This document shows positions 54,700-64,000 of a DNA stretch of 64,000 bases, in pieces. Position 1 is the stretch's first letter; every line of letters begins with the position of its first letter. The notes beneath the pieces are model-generated. The model was not told the DNA's origin and did not search any database. It was given only the letters and a program-made list of their open reading frames with translations. The translations under genes and the position numbers were made by a program. The stretch is from Octopus sinensis (Eukaryota): positions 29,388,001 to 29,452,000 of the forward strand of contig NC_043020.1 of NCBI RefSeq assembly GCF_006345805.1, in the 5' to 3' direction.

Positions 54700-54860
54700 A
54701 ACCGTTGTATTACACTTTGACAATTTCTGATATCTTGGCATCTGAAGCAGCTGGAGATACGACAGTTTAACCAAAAGAACCGGCTATTGCAAGCAAAAAT
54801 ATATATTGGATAAAAGAAAACGCATTTGGTCAAATTTGGACATACGACAGCTTAACATAA
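54700..54860 (+). mobile_element. Possible Penelope GIY-YIG remnant
   Basis: Frameshifted CKQKY/IG*KKTHLVKFGH resembles the C..YIG.T.R.L..RF.EH pattern. Confidence 0.35.
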
Positions 54861-55045
54861 TAGCAACGATAGGTTCTCTTTTTTTCGGTTTTAACGCTTT
54901 CTTTACAATATCTTCTTGTTCTTAATTCCATTTCTCTTTATATTCTTTTAGTGATAATATTGTTTTTTTTTCTATATTTATAATGTTTTGCTTTTTATAG
55001 ATATTTAATTTAATTAAACGTTATGTAGTTATGTTAATGAATTCG

Positions 55046-55185
55046 TGGGTGGTAGATTAATTATTGGGTGGTAGACTTGATTATTGAATGGTAAAGTTAA
55101 TTACTGAGTGGTAAACTTAATTAACGAGCGGTACATTTAATTATTGGGATTAGATTTAAGTGTTAACCGGTAGATTTAAATTATG
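55046..55185. repeat. ~20-bp degenerate tandem repeat (GGGTGGTAGACTTAATTATT) ~7 units
   Basis: TGGTA...TTAATTA recurs. Confidence 0.75.
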
Positions 55186-55246
55186 TGCTTGCTTATATGT
55201 ACAATTACTGATATTATGATCAATTTATTTTTATATATAGATAAAT

Positions 55247-55287
<41 letters not shown>

Positions 55288-55424
55288 CGTGAGTGTGCGT
55301 GTATATATGTATACTTGTATGTATTGTATGTGGTTAGGGTAAATCTCAGGTGTTTGTAATTCCTATTAGCAAATGAAACACGTGTAATGGAGAATAAATA
55401 ATACGAAAAAATTTCATTTTCCTC

Positions 55425-55457
<33 letters not shown>

Positions 55458-55463
<6 letters not shown>

Positions 55464-56020
55464 TGTACGCGTTTCACTCCACGTGTATTACACGCACTAC
55501 TAATAGTTCCGCGTATATGACAAGTACGTTCATCGGGCGGTCATTATTTTATGAAACCCAGAAGTATAAAATAATCAGCGCCTGACGAACGTACTTGTTA
55601 TGTACTTGAAACTATCAGCAGCGCGTGTAATACATGAGGAGTGAAACGCATACATTAATATTGGACTCTCATTAGATGGAGGACTCTTCTTCTTGATCAT
55701 TTTACGCAGATTAATTTACTATATATATATATATATATATATATTAATGTACGCGTTTCACTCCACGTGTATTACACGCACTACTAATAGTTCCGCGTAT
55801 ATGACAAGTACGTTCATCGGGCGGTCATTATTTTATGAAACCCAGAAGTATAAAATAATCAGCGCCTGACGAACGTACTTGTTATGTACTTGAAACTATC
55901 AGCAGCGCGTGTAATACATGAGGAGTGAAACGCATACATTAATATTGGACTCTCATTAGATGGAGGACTCTTCTTCTTGATCATTTTACGCAGATTAATT
56001 TACTATATATATATATATAT
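55458..56020. repeat. Identical 284-bp tandem duplication; each unit contains a 203-bp foldback (55458-55660, 55742-55944)
   Basis: Arms TATTAATGTACGCGTTTCACTCC... / ...GGAGTGAAACGCATACATTAATA, separated by (TA)n. Confidence 0.93.
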
Positions 56021-56104
56021 AATACAGATAAGGCGACGAAATTGAAATTATTTGTGTGATGATATGGCAATGCACAGTGTAAGAGAACACGTCTTGATGA
56101 CAAC

Positions 56105-56214
56105 CTGATGAAGTATCACTCTAATATAACCAACAGCAAATGTTGCGTACATTTCCACATGAAATTATTTACGTGCAGCGACGTTAGAAGCGACGTGGTA
56201 CTGAAACAATTGTA
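56105..56214 (+). ncRNA. Hammerhead ribozyme motif, stem I not formed
   Basis: CTGATGA AGTATCAC...GTGGTACT GAAA CAATTG TA. Confidence 0.55.
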
Positions 56215-56786
56215 ATAAGGAAAGTGTGCTAAATCCCTTTTTTTGCTTTCACAAGTGGATTTCACTCTGCGTAAGACTCACACATTGCTTTCATCAGTCA
56301 CTTTCCTGGACTTCCTCTACCAAAGGACTTTCAATTCTCCTCGTGGTTTCCGTTTGAGGATTTAGGTAGCCAGGAGTTCGGGTTGAGTGCTACATCGTAA
56401 GATATATACATACATACATATATACATACATACTTACAAACATACATCGAGGCATATACATACATGCATTCATATGTATATGTAAATCCACAAAAACACA
56501 CACTGCTTGTGCACGCACATACACACTCACATTATAAGACACCTACACCTATATACACATATAAACGCACACATCATATCTGGCGTGCATACTCCAGTGA
56601 GACAAAAATAGTTTCTTGCTCATGTTCAAAAGGCTTGCTGTGGTTCGGTTTATATATGGAGCTATTGTTCGTGAATTGTGCATTGATCTATCGGAGTAAA
56701 TGAAAGGTTTTTCAAATATCGGAAAAATTTCTGTTTTCTGTGGGTAAGAAATATATGCGTCCAGAATAGCTGTTAAGGAGTGGTGT

Positions 56787-57075
56787 TCAGCGAATCGAAT
56801 TTTGAAGCGTTTGGTTGTAAATAAATTGTAAAGTCTCTTTATTAATAGTATATGATTTGATCAAGGAAAGGCTGGTTGTATTTAATTTATTGGATTTTTT
56901 ATTGTTTTTCAAATCCCAAATGAATTTAGATAATGAAGTATCATTAATTACATTTTGGTTATGGAACATGTGGATTGTATCAAAATTTTGAGGCTTGCAA
57001 CATGAGTCCAATATATATCCGAGATATTATTTTCTATCGTTGCGAGGTATACAAAAACTTTAACATTAGTTATTA
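56787..57075 (-). mobile_element. Penelope-like element GIY-YIG endonuclease remnant
   Basis: Minus frames VYLATIENNIS / IYIGLMLQASKF*YN / HMFHNQNVINDTSLSKFIWDLKNNK match the PLE endonuclease pattern VY...YIG...F..RY..H...N.T.LSK.IWDLK. Confidence 0.75.
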
Positions 57076-57466
57076 GGATTGATGTACAAAACTACGTATA
57101 GATGGATACAGCTTGTAGTGGTTGAAATGAGCAAGGCTTTGTGCAAAATTGGGTTTAGTTGAAAATGGGACTTCACTATTGTTTGAAAATATTTTATAGA
57201 ATGATTCAATAAATGACTTCCTCTTTTCCTGACCCTAGAAACGCCAATTTTTTAAAATTTCCATCCATATACGAGTTACTTCTTTTATTCAATTTCTCCG
57301 TCGACAGCTAAATACATTCCACATGCACAGAATTTTGGATCTCATTCTTCAACACGCTACGCCAGATATTACTTTACTATATACATTCATATACATACAT
57401 GCATAAATAAGTTTATACATATACATACACACACACACACACAAACACATACACATGCATACAACC

Positions 57467-57520
<54 letters not shown>

Positions 57521-57548
57521 GAGAAAGAAGCAACAAGAATGGATTAGT

Positions 57549-57639
57549 TTTTAGTACAATTGTTTCATACAAAGACAGGCTTTATTACAAGTTGCAAAAA
57601 TTGCAGCAGATAAAAGTGTCCCGTACTCATCAGCTAAAA
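57549..57639 (-). ncRNA. Type-I hammerhead ribozyme motif (complete)
   Basis: TTTTAG CTGATGA GTACGGGACA...TGTCTTTGTAT GAAA CAATTG TA CTAAAA; 6-bp stem I; predicted cleavage after GUA. Confidence 0.75.
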
Positions 57640-57970
57640 TACATATGAGTTCTCTAGACATCTTAGTGGGTGAGATTATACTCATGAAATATTGCAGATA
57701 ATTCCATTAAAGGCAGATATAGGTTGTAAACAGTTTTCCAAAGTTCCTTAATGATGATGCACAGACTTATCACAGATTTTTAAAAACTTATTAGTTTCGA
57801 AGAGAAGATAAATTAATCCATAGTGTAGATTTAAATTTCCAGAGATATGAGGAGGATGATGCACAGACTTATCACAGGTTTTTAAAAACTTATTAGCTTC
57901 ACAGAAAAGGTGAATATATATATATATATTATATATAATATAATATATATATATATATAATATATATATA

Positions 57971-58008
<38 letters not shown>

Positions 58009-58030
58009 TATATATATATATATATAATAT

Positions 58031-58062
<32 letters not shown>

Positions 58063-58065
58063 TAA

Positions 58066-58200
58066 ATATGACAAGAGTGTTAGAACACATACATTGCTAG
58101 AAATAAGAGCTAAAAAGCCCCAATGCTGTAGTTAAAGCACATAATTGAACCTTTTAGCTTTATTTGTAGTAATGTTGGTGTTCTAACACCCTAATCATAT
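58066..58200. repeat. ~135-bp foldback
   Basis: GTGTTAGAACAC.TACATTGCTAGAAATAAGAGCTAAAAAG / CTTTTAGCTTTATTTGTAGTAATGTTGGTGTTCTAACAC. Confidence 0.8.
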
Positions 58201-58430
58201 TTAGTGAGAATTATAGTTTTCTGTTTGGTAAATTATTAATTTTATATAGATATGCGAGTGTGTGTGTGTTTGCGTATATATATATATATATATATCATGA
58301 TTCGAACTCGAAACATTATTACATCCTTTTCCTTTGTATTTCGTATCTTTACTGTCTCTTAATCATAATAGTGTTTACATTTTTAAAAAAACAGTATTTT
58401 GAAAATCTAAACGATTTGGTTCCGCAGTTA

Positions 58431-58484
<54 letters not shown>

Positions 58485-60855
58485 TGATGCTGAGCATACA
58501 CACACACACACACCCATGCACTCAGACACACGCACACTCTACATGTATATGTAGGCGTGTATATTTGTACGCAAGTAATCACGAATCTTTTTGTTTCCAT
58601 TTGTTTGTAACATATTCTTAACGGATAACAAGGAAAGATATTAGAGAATGGCCCCAGCTTCGAAACTGGATCGAGAGTTCAATTTGCAGGCAGTTTATTT
58701 GACTACTTTTTGCGTCAGTGAACTAAGAGGGTTCTATAAAAGAACGATCCTCGCCAAAAATACCGCTGATTGATTGTTCTAAAACATTTCTAATTTGGTT
58801 CCGGAACCATAAATATATATTTTAATGAAAGGTCAAGAACCAGTCATTGCATTAATCACTACAGTTTGTTACTCATATCTGGATGGTTTTCATCATTCTT
58901 TTATGAACGGATTCTATATCTGTGATCGATAATAAAATACACACAAAAAAATCTATGTGAAATAGCAATATTAAGTAATCGAATCTGCCATGAAATGCCA
59001 GTACAATTCTTTGTGGATTATCATGGATTAACTTTTAGCTCAGTAAATAACAAAAAACAACACTTTCGCTATAGTTTGTGTGACGCTAAAATCTTTTTCG
59101 TTTCTTCTCTATCTCGAATGAATTTTAGAAATTCCAATATCTTCCAAAAGTATCAATGCAGTTTTCTTAAATTTCTTTTAGGTTTTCAGCCTTTGCCCGG
59201 AAAATAACAGGTTATTAAAAGTTCTGTAAAGGTGTGATTCAGGTTTTAATTAAGATGTGTTATTAGATATGGCGTTAGTTATTAAGCTTATTAATAATAA
59301 TTCGTCCATCTATAACATCATGTTTGTATTAGTTTCCAGAAAATTCACTGGTATTTGGTTTAACGCTAATACTTGGTCCATCGTGTTTATTTAGCGCACT
59401 CTTCTCTCTTACAAAACTTCCAGTCAGGATTCCTGTTTGGTCTTGAGCTGTAGATACCAGTTACAATGATTTTGGTACTACCTACTTTTCCATAGGGGCC
59501 TTGCAAGTAAGGATACTGTCTTCGTTCAGGACCCAATCATAAAAAAATGTTTAAGTCACGCATATACTGGCAAGTTTTCTTTATCTCTTTCTCAAAGATT
59601 AGGAAAAAAAATATGTTTTAAATTTTACTTCTGTTCTAGATTCTTGGATCCAGCCGCGAGAGGTCTGTCACACCGCATTTATTTCAAATACTAGCAGAAA
59701 ACCACCTGGGAAGAGTGTTTCTACTAGCATTTTTAATGAAAACGATTGAATAGCGGCGGTAGAGAGATAGAGAGAAGGGTGATAGAGAGAAAGAGGTGGT
59801 TGAGATAGAGAGATAGAGAGCGCGAGACAGTGTTGCAAAAAATGAAAGCGAATGTAACGGTGGTGGGGGGAGACGAGAAGTATTAAATGGAAGAAATACA
59901 AATGACGTTTGTGTGAGAGAAAAGAGATGAGGAGAGAAGAGAGTAAGGCTTTAAAAAACGCTGACTATCTCGCAATGAATAAACTTAGTTGTCTGCTAGA
60001 AACACGTAACTGAAATCTACAATAATAAAAGAAAGTTTGAAAATCACATTTTGATAAAAATATATTAAAATTGAAACTTTAAGAATTTTCTAGACAGAAT
60101 ATTAAAGCGAATATAAAACATATTCGCATTCTTTTAGTAACAGCTGTATATTCGTAACTAATGAAGAAGCAGCTTTTCTTATCATATTATAGATATAGGG
60201 AATCTAGGAGTTTTCTTTAAATCACATTTCATTAAAGCTATTAAACTATAAGAAATCAATAGTAAGCATTTCTTATACAGTTTCAAATTGTTGGACCGGG
60301 CTTTGTAATTCTGGTTGAGAAACGGTTGCTGCAAATCAGTGTGAAAATGGATGAAAATTAAAATAAAAACGAAAACGATTGTGGTTTTCAGCTAATTTTA
60401 TTGCTGGGAACTTTCAATCAATCTCAGATGTAAGCTGTCCATATTGTCAATGCCGAGTCTTCTTTTATTCATCTCTTCCACCCTTACAATATTATAATAC
60501 AATACCGAGACGACTATATATATATCAATACTACTGTGGTGACATCGACAGTGACATGTACATACATACATACATACATGACACAAGTCAGGTTGGAAGA
60601 AAGATAAAAGAAAAACTGTTTATTAAAATGTTCAAACCTGTTCTGAACGGAAATAACAGCAATAATATAACAACCAGTTAACGATTAGTGGATTTAATAA
60701 ATATAAACAAGTTACAGAATACCGGGTACGCCTGGCAAACCGTGATGTTTAAGAGCATGCGGAGTGGTCAAAAAGGTATTCTAAAACTTCAGCTGGCTGG
60801 AGCATTCTAAGAGGTACGAAAGTTGTCAAAAACTTAACCGTCAATTAAACACATT

Positions 60856-60899
60856 TGAAATCTGATGATTACCACAAATGTATGAAAGTGCTAATTTTG
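60856..60899 (+). ncRNA. Minimal type-I hammerhead ribozyme motif
   Basis: TGAAAT CTGATGA TTAC CACAAAT GTAT GAAA GTGC TA ATTTTG; stem II closing pair is U-U. Confidence 0.45.
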
Positions 60900-61020
60900 T
60901 TAAAATACTATAATAAAAAACGTGGAAACTAGACTGCTTTAACATTATTCAACTCATATATCATTCTATACACATTCACACAAATTCGAAACAATATATA
61001 TATATATATATATATTAAAA

Positions 61021-61339
61021 GACTCCGCCGGTTACGACGACGAGGGTCCCAGCTGATACGATCAACGGAACAGCTTGCTCGTGAAATTAACGTGCAAATG
61101 GCTGAGCATTCCACAGACACGTGTACCCTTAACGTAGTTCTCGGGGATAATCAGCGTGACACAGAGAGTGACAAGGCTGACCCTTTGAAATACAAGTACA
61201 ACTCATTTTTGCCAGCTGAGTGGACTGGAGCAACGTGAAATAAAGTGTCTTGCTCAAGGACACAACGCGTTGCCGGGAATCGAACTCACAACCTTACGAT
61301 CATGAGCCGAATGCCCTAACCACTAAGCCACGCGCCCTC
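61021..61339 (-). mobile_element. Full-length CORE-like SINE
   Basis: Colinear with the 11099 and 33691 copies; intact-looking A and B boxes on the minus strand. Confidence 0.93.
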
Positions 61340-61979
61340 ACATATATATATATATATATGCATCCACACATTCCATATATATGCGAGCGCGCGTGTGTGT
61401 GATTCATTCATTGTTGAATGAATCAGTGATAAACGAGGATAGATGTAGTTCAGAAAATTATAACTTAATGAAAATTCATTCAGTTGGTTGTTCGATACGT
61501 TATTCATAGCCTTAGTTTCGATTTGTATCGAATTAGTAAGGAGTGTCATAAAAAGAAAGATATCTCTAAGGAAAGTGCGTAATGCATAATTTTGGCCACC
61601 AATCCCATCATTATGAGACACCCACTATTTCGATAATCCAGTAGTAAAATTATGAATAGTCATGGTACTATCAGTATGGTATAAATGCTATTTGGGGGAA
61701 ATGGTGGTTATATGTTAAAAAAATTTGTAAATTGTAGCTGCATAAATATTTGAAATTTTTTTTCAGAGTGAGAGATGAAATTTACTTTTATTTTTATTTG
61801 CATGTTACTGATTTTTGTTCGAATAATTTCATATTCATATTTCCCACAATCCTTGTTGGATTACAGCACGGAAATCTACGTTTATATATTTGTATTTTAT
61901 ATTTTGTGGTGGTAATCTTGAGCCAAATGTACTTCAGGTCATTGAACTTGTTAGATAAATGAATTGCTTTTCTTTTTAT

Positions 61980-62096
61980 TTTTGTCTGATGAGATGATCA
62001 TGGATCACATGTAATATATTGTAATGTCACACATCCATTTATATTTATATTCATGGTGGATCTCACCCATGTATTGTTGAAACGATCGTAACAAAG
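61980..62096 (+). ncRNA. Type-I hammerhead ribozyme motif (complete)
   Basis: TTTTGT CTGATGA GATGATCATGG...CCATGTATTGTT GAAA CGATCG TA ACAAAG; 6-bp stem I; predicted cleavage after GUA. Confidence 0.75.
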
Positions 62097-62968
62097 GAAT
62101 ATATGCAATACCTTAACTTCCATTCTTAGACTAACCATATATATATTTTTTCTTTTTGTCTTTCACGATATTAAATGCCACTTTATCCCTCAAAATCAGC
62201 ATTTTTACAGCTTCCAGAATACTTCTCTATTGACATTAATTTTACACCAAAATAAGAACATAACACATTTTATAAGATCATAAATTTGAGACTAATTTTA
62301 AGCTTTTTGAAGACATTTTTCTCTGCATATTTCATCACGGCCATCTGTTTCTAATATAAACCAATTGTAGAATAACCTAATTCTCATAAAGATAACCTGC
62401 TAAAGCCATATTTATATACACCTATATATGCACTTTCATGACTATCTATATTCATCTGCCAATCTGAATGTCATCATCATCCATTATTTCCCTCATCGTC
62501 TGCTATATTTTCATTTACAGGATTCATTTCATTTGAAGTAGATTTGAAACTGGAGAATTTTGACTTCGTACATTGCAGCGCAATAATATATGCTAAAAAA
62601 ACAAAAAAAAAAAAACAAGAGGTTTTGCTTACAATGAATCAATAAGGTCAACTAGATCACATGACGTATTCAGGGAGAATAACTGTGTTGGCCGCAAGCG
62701 ATTGTTGATCCCCGGAAGTGACTGAGAATAATGTCTTGTCTTCTAGAGATGAATGCGTCTGATTTGTTTTTATTTTATTTCATTTTTTTGTTGTATATAT
62801 GTTGTTGTTGTTGTTGTTGTGTGTGCTTTGTTTTTTTCCCCTATTTTTTTTAAGAGTTAAAAATCTTGAATTCACCATTAAAACAAAATATAAGAACATC
62901 GTTCTACGTGTAAACTAAGTAAGTAACGAGTAGCGATACATAAATACATATTAATTGCATGCGTAATA

Positions 62969-63172
62969 TTGGTTTCAAATTTTGGTACAAGGCCAGCAAT
63001 TTCGGGGTGGAGGGAGATAAATCGATTACAACGATCCTCAGGTACTTATTTTGTAGACCTCGAAAGGATGAACGGCACAATCCACCCCGGAAGGCTACGT
63101 GAACTCAGAACGTAAAGACAGACCAAATACCGCTAAGCATTTTGCTAAGCATAATGACTCTGCCAGCTCTCC
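62969..63172 (-). mobile_element. Family-B SINE (duplicated at 63917-64000)
   Basis: GGTTTCAAATTTTGGTACAAGGCCAGCAATTTCGGGG...GAACTCAGAACGTAAAGAC...ACTCTGCCAGCTCTCC. Confidence 0.85.
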
Positions 63173-63589
63173 ACCTTATACGGGACAAAATGTCACTGGT
63201 GGAGAGGATTTTCCTTGTAGGACGAACTTTGTAGAGAAGAGATACGCAGCGATATAATCCATGTTGATCTATTACTGGTTCTTATTCGACTTTTCATGGC
63301 CTCAATCAAATTTCTCATTGAAACTTACCGTTTATGATACTGCAAATCGTCTTCTATTAGGCTGTTATTATTATTATCATCATCAGTATTATTATTATTA
63401 TTATTATTATCATTATTATTATGCTTTTCTAAGCAGGAGGAAAGAAACTATTTCCCAAGCCTTGGGGTGGTAGAGTAATCGAGAATTTTGCATCAGGTTT
63501 ATCCCGAATTACCCTAAGTGGATTGCCCCACCCCAGCCCATTGGGAATTCAATTTATTTATTTGTTTATCTATTATTTAGTATTTATTT

Positions 63590-63765
63590 CTCTAATTTCT
63601 GTTTATATATTTTTCGTTGTGCCCTTTGCTGCTGTAGTGTCTCCCTTTATTCCATGTAAACCCCTTCTGTTTTATGTGTTGTATCCCGTCCTTTGATCTC
63701 GGGTTCCATGTGTTGGGCCCTTGTAACCAATAAAAGAAATCCTTATTGTTGTTGTTGTTGTTGTT
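63590..63765 (+). mobile_element. Probable LINE 3' UTR end
   Basis: T-rich stretch ending TTGTAACCAATAAAAGAAATCCTTATT followed by a (GTT)n tail. Confidence 0.35.
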
Positions 63766-64000
63766 GTGTGTGCTTTGTTTTTTTCCCCTATTTTTTTTAA
63801 GAGTTAAAAATCTTGAATTCACCATTAAAACAAAATATAAGAACATCGTTCTACGTGTAAACTAAGTAAGTAACGAGTAGCGATACATAAATACATATTA
63901 ATTGCATGCGTAATATTGGTTTCAAATTTTGTACAAGGCCAGCAATTTCGGGGTGGAGGGAGATAAATCGATTACAACGATCCTCAGGTACTTATTTTGT

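Larger units (their letters stand above)
62801..64000. repeat. 947-bp-period tandem duplication; second copy runs off the window
   Basis: 62801-63050 repeats from ~63748 with a single 1-nt indel (TTTTGGTAC vs TTTTGTAC); junction lies in a (GTT)n run. Confidence 0.93.

Noticed and set aside
60856-62096. Retrozyme unit bounded by two same-strand hammerheads
   Set aside because: The two motifs share no flanking direct repeat or stem sequence, and a SINE lies between them.

Overview
Eukaryotic, largely non-coding DNA, inferred to be from a coleoid cephalopod, most likely Octopus. The basis is very dense (TA)n/(CA)n/(CT)n/trinucleotide microsatellites plus several tRNA-derived SINE families resembling octopus CORE-type and Deu/Nin-type SINEs. 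No protein-coding gene is confidently identified. Almost all ORFs in the supplied track are microsatellite read-through, and only weak exon candidates are seen. Supported content: many SINEs; decayed LINE fragments (RTE; L1/Tx1, including a nested L1 at 30.3-33.4 kb interrupted by a hAT-like MITE and a ~0.94-kb insert); Penelope-like GIY-YIG remnants; two tRNA pseudogenes (Ile-AAT, and an intron-containing Lys-TTT inserted into a tandem repeat unit); several long foldback hairpins; minisatellites; two recent tandem duplications; and a 203-bp inverted repeat pair. The most notable signal is a cluster of type-I hammerhead ribozyme motifs at 56-62 kb around a Penelope endonuclease remnant. Two have a complete core and all three stems, palindromic mini stem III sequences and unusually long stem II inserts. 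Decayed relatives occur elsewhere in the window. All structures were folded and aligned by eye; no database searches or folding programs were run.
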